From the NCBI GenBank assembly GCA_003697105.1, contig RFFQ01000113.1, positions 45,378 through 65,377 of the forward strand: 20,000 bases of DNA, written 5' to 3'. Position 1 is the stretch's first letter. Each line of letters begins with the position of its first letter. This DNA is from Gemmatimonadota bacterium. GTDB taxonomy: Bacteria; 4572-55; J002. Both the position numbers and the translations under genes were made by a program. Below, in pieces: positions 1-8,384 of the stretch. The notes under the pieces were generated by a model. That model was not told where the DNA came from, made no database searches, and saw only the letters and a program-made list of their open reading frames with translations.

Positions 1-1
1 C

Positions 2-316
2 TTGACCCCCCAAGCAATTCAGCAGATCAAAAAAATCATTGCCGAAGAGAATGATCCCAATCAGGTCCTCCGCATGGGTGTTAAAGGGGGTGGCTGTTCG
101 GGATTGTCTTATGTCTTACAACTGGATGATTATCACCCGGAATACGATCAGCGGTTTGAGGTGGATGGTATCCCCATTGTGATCGATTCCAAGAGTATAT
201 TATACATCGCCGGAATGACGTTAGATTATAGTACGGAGATGCTGGGCGGTGGCTTCCGGTTTGATAATCCCAATGCGACCAAGAGTTGCGGTTGCGGGAC
301 CTCATTTGCGGTGTGA
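2..316 (+). CDS. iscA: A-type Fe-S cluster assembly/carrier protein (IscA/SufA/ErpA, HesB family); 5' end probably just outside the window
   Basis: GVKGGGCSGLSY and C-terminal F-x-NPNATKSCGCGTSF motifs with the three conserved Cys. Confidence 0.93.
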   Translation: MTPQAIQQIKKIIAEENDPNQVLRMGVKGGGCSGLSYVLQLDDYHPEYDQRFEVDGIPIVIDSKSILYIAGMTLDYSTEMLGGGFRFDNPNATKSCGCGTSFAV

Positions 317-347
317 TTTCATACAGAGTTTCAATAACATTTGGTGT

Positions 348-381
348 AAGCCCTTGGGGTTTTGGATGCCCCAAGGGTTTT
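348..381. terminator. Likely intrinsic terminator between convergent iscA and rlmN
   Basis: Perfect 9-bp stem CCCTTGGGG (351-359) / CCCCAAGGG (369-377), 9-nt loop, followed by TTTT on the + strand. Confidence 0.75.
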
Positions 382-386
382 GGTGT

Positions 387-1424
387 TTAAACCGCTTGTT
401 CCACCCGTAATTGCCCGCAGGCGGCGGCAATATCCCGTCCACGGTTTTCTCGCACGGTCACGGCATACGTTCGGGGGAGCAGGTACTCCCGAAAGCGGGT
501 GACCCCATCCTCTTGGGGACGTTCAAAGCCGCTGTTGCGGTGGGGGTTAAAGGGAATCAAATTGATTTTGCAGGGTACCCCGTGGACAATTTTAACCAGC
601 CGTTTGGCATCTTCTATCGTGTCGTTTTGCCCGGCAAGCAGGACGTATTCAAAAGTGACCCGTCGTCCGGTCTGTTGGGTGTAATATTTGGCGGCCGCGA
701 TGAGTTTCTCGATAGGGTATTTGCGGTTGACCGGTATCACGGCAGAGCGGGCTTCATTAGAAGAGCTATTCAACGAAATAGCTAAACCGACTTTCAAGCC
801 CTCATCTGCCAATTGGTAGATGCGCGGGACAAGCCCGACGGTGGAAACCGTAATCCGTTTTTGCCCGATTTGTAAGCCGTAATCATGGCTCATCAGCTTT
901 AACGTGGGGATCAGGTTATCATAATTTGCTAACGGTTCGCCCATGCCCATCATGACGACGTTGATCCGTTCCCGTTTGTCCAACATTGCCTGATCGCGCA
1001 GGATATAAAGTGCCTGATCGATGATTTCCCCGACGGAAAGATTCCGCTGGTAACCCATTTTTGCCGTGGCGCAAAAAGTACACCCCATACCACAACCCAC
1101 TTGGGATGAGATGCAAAGCGTCGTGCGCCGTTCCCCCGGCATAAACACCGCTTCAATTTGTTCACCATCAGCCAATTCAAACAGATATTTTCGAGTCCCA
1201 TCTTGGGAATCCTGCCGGAGAAGTTGTTTTAACTCGCTGACCGTCGCCACTTCCGCTAGTTTTTCCCGGAAGGAGTGGGAAATATCGGTCATTTCTTTGA
1301 AATCAGAGACACCTTTACCGTAAATCCACCTCATCAGTTGCTTGGCGCGGTACGGTTTTTCTCCCAGTTGGGTTACAAATTCGGTCATTTGATTCAAGGA
1401 GAGTCCTTTCAGATTTTTTTTCAT
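387..1424 (-). CDS. rlmN: Dual-specificity 23S rRNA m2A2503 / tRNA m2A37 radical SAM methyltransferase RlmN
   Basis: TLCISSQVGCGMGCTFCAT (CxxxCxxC), VVMMGMGEPLANY, KINLIPFN, RGRDIAAACGQL; AAGGA SD upstream. Confidence 0.96.
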   Translation of the reverse strand: MKKNLKGLSLNQMTEFVTQLGEKPYRAKQLMRWIYGKGVSDFKEMTDISHSFREKLAEVATVSELKQLLRQDSQDGTRKYLFELADGEQIEAVFMPGERRTTLCISSQVGCGMGCTFCATAKMGYQRNLSVGEIIDQALYILRDQAMLDKRERINVVMMGMGEPLANYDNLIPTLKLMSHDYGLQIGQKRITVSTVGLVPRIYQLADEGLKVGLAISLNSSSNEARSAVIPVNRKYPIEKLIAAAKYYTQQTGRRVTFEYVLLAGQNDTIEDAKRLVKIVHGVPCKINLIPFNPHRNSGFERPQEDGVTRFREYLLPRTYAVTVRENRGRDIAAACGQLRVEQAV

Positions 1425-1428
1425 GCTG

Positions 1429-3018
1429 TCATCCTTTTTGTGATGTCATGGTGGTAATGGTGGTAAATGTGCCGGTCAATATGGCTTGGGTACTTGGGGC
1501 AAATTGCAGACTGGGATGAACGGTACAGGGGATGGCGCGAAACCGTTCCTGCCACTGTGGATCCGGATGTTTGCGAATTTGGGCGCAAAATTGCTCGATT
1601 TCTGGATTATTCGCCCGGCGAATCTCCACGCCATCAAAATCGAATATCGTTTTAATCTTCAACCAGTTTACCTCTGCCCGGGTGCCGTTGATCACAAGGG
1701 TTTTTTCTTGTTGTTCATCCAACACGGCGATGATGGTGTGAATACCGTGTAGGAGCGGTTCGATCTGCTTGCACCGGTTGCAGTAATAAATGTCTCCCGT
1801 AAACCAGCGGTTCAGCGGGACCTTTTCGTGAGTGACCCGGGTGAAGCAATCGCGGCACATCAGTGTATTGGGGGTGCGGCAAAGGGGTTTGCACTGCCGG
1901 ACTAAGGCACAGGCGGCCGCAGATTTCACTTTAGGGTCGGAATCCCGCAAGCGCCGGTAAAGGCGTTCAAAGGCGTGCGGCACAGGTTGTTTTGCCAGTT
2001 GTTTGCAGGCACTTACCCGGTGGGAGGGTTCTTTACTGTTGAGCTGGCGGATCAGACGTTGCTGTTGGTGTTGCACCTCGCTTTTTACCGGTGAAATGGG
2101 GAACACCCGTTGTTGATTTTCCGCTTCCTGTTCGCGCCAGGCGTAATATTCCACGTGCCCAAATTTTTGTTGGAGTTGTTCCACTTGGGATGGTGCCAAC
2201 TTGCACTGATCATCTACAAAGCAGACCATTTGGGGATAACGCTGGGTGCGAATCCGGTCGGTATCGGATTGAAGCTGGTTGATGAAGGCGTCGATCTGAT
2301 TTCCGCGGGCACGCAGAATTTCAACCCGTTCGATCTCGCCTAGGCTTGATTGAAGTAATCCATTGATTCTAAACTGGTTGTCGGTTTGAGCGGTTCGTTT
2401 TTTCCAGCGTTGGTCTAGCACCCAGACGATCTCACCGGCGGCTTTGATCACCGTCCGGCTTTGCCGGCACGAGCGGCAGGCGATGAATTGAAAGGTGGTT
2501 TTGTGGCCGCTTAACGTCTGCTTGCTCAAGCGCGTTAGGCAGTTTTGGCAGAGGTACTGTTCTGTATTATCACCAAATTCCTGTAGGGTGTACTGGCAAA
2601 TGGATTGAACCAACCAGTTTGCTGTTGCCCAATGAGGATGATCCGGGTTTGTCACCAGTGGCGTTAAGGCGGTGAATGTTTCGCTACCTAGTTGGGTGAT
2701 GGCGTATGCCGCCACGAGCCGGGTGATCCAATCGGAGTCATCCAAATCCGTAAGGTACTTGGTCACCGGCGAAAGTTTATTTAGGCTGTTTATTCGATCT
2801 TTAAGGCGCTTTAACCATCTGATTTTAAAATGATTATCTTCACCGGCGTCGAAAAGTATGGGCAGTGTTTCAGAAAGCGGCGGGCGGTGATGCCAGCACT
2901 CTGGCTGGGGTCGTTTGCGTGTTCGTTTGGGGTCATTAATGATTTTGACCAGGTGGCTGGCATACTCTCGATCCGGAGTAAATTGCCATTCGCGAGCCAG
3001 AATATCGAGTTTATTCAT
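1429..3018 (-). CDS. Hypothetical protein with two tandem copies of [HEAT-like repeats + C4 zinc ribbon + alpha/beta domain]
   Basis: 529-aa ORF overlapping the rsmB-like stop by 8 nt; HEAT-like LDDSDWITRLVAAYAI, LNSKEPSHRVSACKQL and LRDSDPKVKSAAACAL; CxxC-x20/21-CxxC twice. Confidence 0.8.
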   Translation of the reverse strand: MNKLDILAREWQFTPDREYASHLVKIINDPKRTRKRPQPECWHHRPPLSETLPILFDAGEDNHFKIRWLKRLKDRINSLNKLSPVTKYLTDLDDSDWITRLVAAYAITQLGSETFTALTPLVTNPDHPHWATANWLVQSICQYTLQEFGDNTEQYLCQNCLTRLSKQTLSGHKTTFQFIACRSCRQSRTVIKAAGEIVWVLDQRWKKRTAQTDNQFRINGLLQSSLGEIERVEILRARGNQIDAFINQLQSDTDRIRTQRYPQMVCFVDDQCKLAPSQVEQLQQKFGHVEYYAWREQEAENQQRVFPISPVKSEVQHQQQRLIRQLNSKEPSHRVSACKQLAKQPVPHAFERLYRRLRDSDPKVKSAAACALVRQCKPLCRTPNTLMCRDCFTRVTHEKVPLNRWFTGDIYYCNRCKQIEPLLHGIHTIIAVLDEQQEKTLVINGTRAEVNWLKIKTIFDFDGVEIRRANNPEIEQFCAQIRKHPDPQWQERFRAIPCTVHPSLQFAPSTQAILTGTFTTITTMTSQKG

Positions 3019-4429
3019 GGGAGTGACGCCTCATCCGGGCAATAAAAAAGCCGTCGGTGTGGTGATCTGCCGGGTTCAAGGTCACCATTGTCGCCCGGGG
3101 TGCAAGCCCGGGGATGTAAATGTGATGGCTTTCCAAAACGGGTGGCACGGGGTCCAGGGTAAAGGTAGGATGTTCACTCAGAAATTGATGTACTACCTGC
3201 TCATTTTCCGCCGGAAGCAAAGAGCACGTGGAATAAACCAGTACGCCGCCCGGCTTGACCGCCTGTGCATAGCGGGATAAAATCGCAAACTGCTTTTTTT
3301 CCAGTCGCGGAACGGTTTTGGGCTTTAGTTTGTATTTAATAAGCGGATTGCGCCGGCTGGTGCCGAGGCTGGAGCAGGGCGCATCCACCACCACCAGATC
3401 ACACTTGTTCGCCAGATGTGCCAATCTGGCGGGCAACGAGTCGCCCCTTTCCGGGCGGGTAATGTGAACGGTTTCTATGGATTGAAAACCCTGCCGTTGT
3501 GCCCGAAAACGGATTTCTTTTAGGCGGTTATATTCCGTGTCGCTGGCGATGATGTGCCCTTGATCATGCTGTAATGTCGCTAAATGGAGCGTCTTACCGC
3601 CGGCGCCAGCACAGGCATCTAAAATGCGCCAGCGGGGTTGCGGGGAGGCGACGAAGCCGACCAACTGGCTGGCTTCATCTTGAATTTCGATTTCCCCGCG
3701 GGTAAGTACCGGCTTGCCCCCAAGTTGGACGCGCTCTTCACAAATGATCGCCGCTGGAGAGAGCTTCCCCGGATGTCCGGTGATTCCTGCCTCCCGGAGT
3801 TGCTCCAGTACCCGTTCTACAGATGTTTTATGCCGGTTGACCCGCATACTAAGCGGGGCGCTTTGCCACAGGGCTTCTCCCACACGGATTGCCCACTGCC
3901 AAGAGTATGTTTCTGCCCATATTTCCAATATCCATGCCGGAACAGAGGTGTACGCGGCTATCACCTGCGGGTCTATCGTGCCGGCATTCAATTGAGCCGC
4001 GCTCTCTTGTTTCAGACGATGCCAACCGTCTCGAATCTGATGTTGCCACTGCGCGGCGCCGCTTGAATCGATCTCAAAAAATTCGACCAGTGTCGCTGTT
4101 ATTTCGGCGGTGTAATCTTGGGCTAACAGATGTTCTTCAATTCCGATGCAGGTGGCGGCACACAGGACTAAAAGTTGATCCGGTAACACATTGTCTTTAT
4201 TTATCTTACCGGGTTTTATTTCCGGTGAGATATGCGATACGCCGTAGCGGGCGGGCTGGTACATTCGCAGGGCATGGTACACCAGTTCCGAGATGATCTG
4301 TTTTTCCTTCTGGTGGAGTTGCCGGCGCTGTTGCAGGTAACTGGAGGTGACTTTTTCCGGGGCTTGGTGCGATTTCCAGAGCTGGTGAAAAAGGCGGGCA
4401 CTATGTTTAAAAAGCGTTGGGAAGCGCAT
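3011..4429 (-). CDS. RsmB/NOP (Sun/Fmu) family SAM-dependent RNA m5C methyltransferase
   Basis: IQDEASQL, ILDACAGAGGKTLHLA, VVVDAPCS, LVYSTCS (both catalytic Cys), DGFFIARMRR. Confidence 0.92.
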   Translation of the reverse strand: MRFPTLFKHSARLFHQLWKSHQAPEKVTSSYLQQRRQLHQKEKQIISELVYHALRMYQPARYGVSHISPEIKPGKINKDNVLPDQLLVLCAATCIGIEEHLLAQDYTAEITATLVEFFEIDSSGAAQWQHQIRDGWHRLKQESAAQLNAGTIDPQVIAAYTSVPAWILEIWAETYSWQWAIRVGEALWQSAPLSMRVNRHKTSVERVLEQLREAGITGHPGKLSPAAIICEERVQLGGKPVLTRGEIEIQDEASQLVGFVASPQPRWRILDACAGAGGKTLHLATLQHDQGHIIASDTEYNRLKEIRFRAQRQGFQSIETVHITRPERGDSLPARLAHLANKCDLVVVDAPCSSLGTSRRNPLIKYKLKPKTVPRLEKKQFAILSRYAQAVKPGGVLVYSTCSLLPAENEQVVHQFLSEHPTFTLDPVPPVLESHHIYIPGLAPRATMVTLNPADHHTDGFFIARMRRHSHE

Positions 4430-4434
4430 GGAAA

Positions 4435-4881
4435 CTAACGGCGAAGCATCTGAATATGTAAAATTCCGTCTTCATCGTAAGGCGGACTGACGGTTTCAAA
4501 ACCAAAACCGGTATAAAAATTTTCCAAATAGGTTTGGGCTGAGATGCGCACGGGGGGTTGGTTGAATTTTTCATCAATTGTGTGCAAAACGTGTTGCATC
4601 ATTGCCCGCCCCAAACCCTTGCCGCGATACGCGGGGGCAACAACAATGCGCCCCAGACCGATTTCGGGAAAGTACGTACCGGCGGGGAGTATCCGCAAGT
4701 ATGCCGCCAGTTCCGTTCCGTCCCAGCCGGTAAAGTGCCATGCGGCTTGGTCCTGATTATCGGCATCCAAAAAAGGGCAATTTTGTTCCACCACAAATAC
4801 TTCCTGCCGCAACCGCAAGACCGTGTACAATTCTTCCAGGGTTAATTCAGAGAAGGCAGACCATTGCCAGCGGATTTTCAC
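4435..4881 (-). CDS. elaA: ElaA-like GNAT N-acetyltransferase
   Basis: ELY-x-x-LRLRQEVFVVEQNCP, GRIVVAPAYRGKGLG, ISAQTYLENFY-x-x-FGF, YDEDGILHI; GTG start overlaps the upstream TGA (GTGA). Confidence 0.9.
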   Translation of the reverse strand: MKIRWQWSAFSELTLEELYTVLRLRQEVFVVEQNCPFLDADNQDQAAWHFTGWDGTELAAYLRILPAGTYFPEIGLGRIVVAPAYRGKGLGRAMMQHVLHTIDEKFNQPPVRISAQTYLENFYTGFGFETVSPPYDEDGILHIQMLRR

Positions 4882-5594
4882 GCTTCTGACCTCGCGAATT
4901 GAACTAAGGCTTGGCGGGCTTCTTCGGCGGTATGAACCGGTGCAGGGAAGGTAAAGCGATAGCGTTTATGCTGATAATGGGTATCGATACCAAACGCATC
5001 AATACCCACCATTGTTACGGGTTCATTTTCCGGGATTTCCATGGATTTCATGGACTTAAAATAATGGCGCAAGGCGGCTTGATGATCGGTATTCATGTGG
5101 TCAATGATCGCTTTTTCTGTGGTTTCGTCAAAGGGGTTAGGCTGGAGAAAATCCGCCGGTTCAATCCAAAAAATTTTACCAAATCCACCAATATACCGGA
5201 TACGCGTGAGGTGGATCGTCCAAAAATCAAAATCATGGGCGGTATGGTAGCCGCGTGCTTGTGGGAAATAGCGGTAATATCGTTCGGCGATGGCGTCCAC
5301 ATCTTCTGTTCGGCGGGCTTGTCCCAAATAGGTGATACGTCCATGTGCTTGCACATCGGCATCCGGTGACGCTTCCACCAGCGTTAAGGAGACATGGGGA
5401 TCGTGCTGGATGTTTTTGGTGTGCTGGGCAATACGACTGATGAGAATCACCATTTGCCCGTGGCGATCCACACAGTAGGGGGCAACCGATCCGAAGGGGT
5501 AGCCGGGCATTTGCACGGAGTGGGTGGCCAGGATACCGTGCCCGACGGTACGGTACAACTCGGCTGCGGTCTGAATAGCAGTGGTGTGGGGCAT
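4878..5594 (-). CDS. HugZ/HutZ-like heme utilisation protein (pyridoxamine 5'-phosphate oxidase-like split barrel plus C-terminal DUF2470-type domain)
   Basis: GILATHS...GYPFGS, ISRIAQHTKNI, RYIGGFGKIFW, IIDHMNTDH; AGGAG SD. Confidence 0.85.
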   Translation of the reverse strand: MPHTTAIQTAAELYRTVGHGILATHSVQMPGYPFGSVAPYCVDRHGQMVILISRIAQHTKNIQHDPHVSLTLVEASPDADVQAHGRITYLGQARRTEDVDAIAERYYRYFPQARGYHTAHDFDFWTIHLTRIRYIGGFGKIFWIEPADFLQPNPFDETTEKAIIDHMNTDHQAALRHYFKSMKSMEIPENEPVTMVGIDAFGIDTHYQHKRYRFTFPAPVHTAEEARQALVQFARSEA

Positions 5595-5608
5595 AATCGC
5601 TCCTATAG

Positions 5609-5646
5609 CAAAGCGACGAAATGAAATCGATCACTTCGTCGCTTTG
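5609..5646 (-). other. Strong intergenic stem-loop between ferritin and the hugZ-like gene
   Basis: Minus strand CAAAGCGACGAAGTGA-TCGATT-TCATTTCGTCGCTTTG: 16-bp stem including one G-U, no U-tract after it. Confidence 0.7.
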
Positions 5647-5667
5647 AGGCTTAAAATGAGGGTTCTG

Positions 5668-6177
5668 TTATTCGTTGCTTTCAGCTTCCGGCGCACGTTC
5701 GCCTAATTCTCGATCCAGCAGAAACAATGCCTGCCCGGAGTCACCGATGAGTTTCAATTTTTCGATGATGTCGGTCGCATTTTCTTCTTCTTCAACTTGC
5801 TCATCGATAAACCAGTGGAGTAAGGTCTGGAAGGCGTAATCTTTTTCTTCCACTGCCAGCGCGTATAAGTCATTAATCCGCGAGGTGATATATTGTTCGT
5901 GCTGTAGTACGGCTTCAAAAATTTGCAACGGGTTTGTCAACTCAATTTCGGGTTTATCAATGGTTTTAAGTTCCACCGAGCCACCGCGGCGCAGGATAAA
6001 ATGGTAAAACTTCATCGCATGTTCGATCTCTTCCTGCCATTGCAATTGCAACCAGTGGGCAAAACCGTTCAGATTTCTTTCGGCAAAATGAGCGGACATC
6101 GCTAAATAGATATACGCTGACTGAAATTCAGCTTGAATTTGATCATTGATCGCGTCTTGAATCTTTTTATTCATCAT
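5668..6177 (-). CDS. ftnA: Non-heme bacterial ferritin
   Basis: AINDQIQAEFQSAYIYLAMS, EEIEHAMKF, HEQYIT-x-x-IN, L-x-WFIDEQVEEE ferroxidase motifs; AAAGGAG SD (second ATG at 6174 has better spacing). Confidence 0.94.
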   Translation of the reverse strand: MMNKKIQDAINDQIQAEFQSAYIYLAMSAHFAERNLNGFAHWLQLQWQEEIEHAMKFYHFILRRGGSVELKTIDKPEIELTNPLQIFEAVLQHEQYITSRINDLYALAVEEKDYAFQTLLHWFIDEQVEEEENATDIIEKLKLIGDSGQALFLLDRELGERAPEAESNE

Positions 6178-6230
6178 AGACTCCTTTCATCTGAGCTTAT
6201 TAATGTTATAAAAATGTTATAAGTATGACC

Positions 6231-6275
6231 AAAAAAAGGGTTTGCTAACCCCTTCGGGTTTTAAATCAGCAAACC
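6231..6275 (-). terminator. Intrinsic terminator-like hairpin between pgi and ferritin
   Basis: Minus strand GGTTTGCT...AGCAAACC stem enclosing AACCC-GAAG-GGGTT, followed by C and T7. Confidence 0.75.
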
Positions 6276-6299
6276 AATCTACAGATTATGAATGGCTAC

Positions 6300-6328
6300 A
6301 TCATATAAAAATTCGCGATGCGGGTCAA
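6300..6328 (-). promoter_or_regulatory. Candidate sigma70 promoter upstream of ferritin
   Basis: Minus strand TTGACC-N17-TATGAT immediately after the pgi stop. Confidence 0.6.
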
Positions 6329-6331
6329 TGC

Positions 6332-7780
6332 CTAATTTTCGGGTTTGAGTTTGGTTTTCATGATCGTTTTGTAGGCTTCCACTCCCGGTTGGTTAAAAGC
6401 ATCTACATTGGCTAGAGCACCTTCATACGCCACAGAAAGTGCCAAGATGTACATGATTTGCCCCACATAGTAGGCATTAAGTTGGGGTAAGGTAAAGGTT
6501 GCATTCAGCCGTCCGGCAGAGATTTGCGCTTCCGCATTGGCGGCAAGTGCCGCATCGAGTCCTTGGCTCATGGAGATGTTGGTAAAGGCATTAAATGCCG
6601 GAAATTCGGGATAGGGGTTCGGGATCACCGGATCGGGGTTCCACTGTTCAACCCGTACAAACTGTACCACTTTATCGAGGGTCCCTTCCTGATGTTGCTG
6701 AACTTGCGCGTGCATATCTGTTGTTCCGACGGCTACGATGGGTGTGCGCCCGTAATGAACCACATTACCCGCCCGGTCATATTTTTTGCCTAAACTTTCT
6801 GCCAGTAACTGGATGTACCATTCGGCGAGGGATTTAAGCGTGTTGCTATACGGCATAAACACTTCGATATTACGTCCGTACTTCACATACGCCAGATATT
6901 TGAGTACCGCATTTAGGAGTGCCATGTTCTCAAACGGGTCTGCCGCTTGGGTCTGCTGATCGGCGTCTCGGGCACCTTGTAAAAAGGCATGGATATCGAA
7001 GCCCAATGCCGCTCCGGTCACCAACCCGACGTCGGAAAATACACTGAATCGCCCGCCCACACCGTCCGGTACACGGAATATTTGCCAGCCATTTTTCACT
7101 GCCATTTTGTGGAGGATTGTCTCTTTTTCGTCGTCTCTGGGATCGGTGACGGCAACGACGGTGGTCTTAATGTTGGCTTCTTTCAATTTTTGCTGGAGGA
7201 CAAAAAAGCACGCCATCGTTTCCATCGTACTGCCGGATTTGGAGATGATTTGTAATAGCACGTGGTAATCCGGGGTTATGCGGGCATCCCGCTGGAGGTG
7301 CTCCGCCAGTTGTGAGGTATGCGCCGGGTCCACATTGTTGCCGGAAAAATAATATTTCGGGCGACCACCCCGTTCGGCGGGGGTCAGTTCGTTCCAAAAC
7401 TCCCCGCACTGCAGATCAAAAAGTACTTTGTTACCCAAAAACGATCCCCCGATGCCCAAAGAGACGACGGTATCAACCTGATTTTTAAGGGATTCTCCCC
7501 ACGTGATTAACTGTTGTACGGTTTCGGTGGTGTTTAAGTGATCATGACCGCGATCCAAATACGGCAGTTGGGTGAATAAAACATCTTCCGGGCTTCCGTC
7601 TTTACTGCAGTGATGGGGAATGAAGCCGGTCTCACGCAAGGTTTGGATTTCGCGATGGGCGGCATCGATTTTATCCTGAAGATGGTCAATGTCGCGCGGA
7701 GTTACGCCCTGCTCGTGGAGCAGATTTCTAAAATCGAATGTCAAACCTTGGGGGAGGGTTATCATTTTTGTTGACATCAT
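6332..7780 (-). CDS. pgi: Glucose-6-phosphate isomerase
   Basis: LGIGGSFLG, ISKSGSTMET, VGGRFSVFS, QLLAESLGK, GTTDMHAQ, FNQPGVEAYK; AGGAG SD (ATG at 7777 is an alternative start). Confidence 0.94.
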   Translation of the reverse strand: MMSTKMITLPQGLTFDFRNLLHEQGVTPRDIDHLQDKIDAAHREIQTLRETGFIPHHCSKDGSPEDVLFTQLPYLDRGHDHLNTTETVQQLITWGESLKNQVDTVVSLGIGGSFLGNKVLFDLQCGEFWNELTPAERGGRPKYYFSGNNVDPAHTSQLAEHLQRDARITPDYHVLLQIISKSGSTMETMACFFVLQQKLKEANIKTTVVAVTDPRDDEKETILHKMAVKNGWQIFRVPDGVGGRFSVFSDVGLVTGAALGFDIHAFLQGARDADQQTQAADPFENMALLNAVLKYLAYVKYGRNIEVFMPYSNTLKSLAEWYIQLLAESLGKKYDRAGNVVHYGRTPIVAVGTTDMHAQVQQHQEGTLDKVVQFVRVEQWNPDPVIPNPYPEFPAFNAFTNISMSQGLDAALAANAEAQISAGRLNATFTLPQLNAYYVGQIMYILALSVAYEGALANVDAFNQPGVEAYKTIMKTKLKPEN

Positions 7781-7879
7781 GCTCTCCTATATAACAATAC
7801 CTGCACCAAAATTTTTTGAAGACCTTAGTGGTTTTATTATCAATTCGCAAATTTGATAAACATCTCGGCATCACACAAC

Positions 7880-8383
7880 TCAAAATGACTGAAATTGATG
7901 CTGATAGCGGACACGGTTTTGCCGAAAGGCTTCCATGGTGATCATAGCGACCGAATTTGCCAAATTGTAAGCGCGAATGTTCCCCAAAATGGGAATTTTC
8001 AGACACCGCTCTGTGTACTGTTCCCGAAGCGCGGCGGGTAAGCCGTGCGTTTCATTACCAAACAGAAAGAGATCGCCCGGTTGAAATTCAACGTCGGTAT
8101 AGTAGCGGCTGCCAAATTTGGTAATCAGATAAAAATTAAAATCGGTTAGGGGAAAGTCCTTTAGGGACGCATATATCTGATAATCCAAGTGTTCCCAGTA
8201 GTCAAGTCCGGCACGTTTAACGGTACGGTCACTCAACACAAACCCAAAGGGGCGGATAAGATGCAAGCGTGCCCGAAGTCCGGCGCATAACCGCCCGATA
8301 TTTCCGGTATTTTCCGGAATTTGAGGTGAATATAAACCGACATGAAAGGTCGGGATTTCCCGTTGGTGGGGTGATCTTTCCAT
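7880..8383 (-). CDS. trmL: tRNA (cytidine/uridine-34 2'-O)-methyltransferase TrmL (SPOUT family)
   Basis: PQIPENTGNIGRLC, LHLIRPFGF, KRAGLDYW, FLFGNETHGLP, RAYNLANSV. Confidence 0.93.
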   Translation of the reverse strand: MERSPHQREIPTFHVGLYSPQIPENTGNIGRLCAGLRARLHLIRPFGFVLSDRTVKRAGLDYWEHLDYQIYASLKDFPLTDFNFYLITKFGSRYYTDVEFQPGDLFLFGNETHGLPAALREQYTERCLKIPILGNIRAYNLANSVAMITMEAFRQNRVRYQHQFQSF

Positions 8384-8384
8384 G

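Noticed and set aside
6178-6300. Eukaryote-style iron-responsive element in the ferritin leader
   Set aside because: No CAGUGN loop hairpin is present
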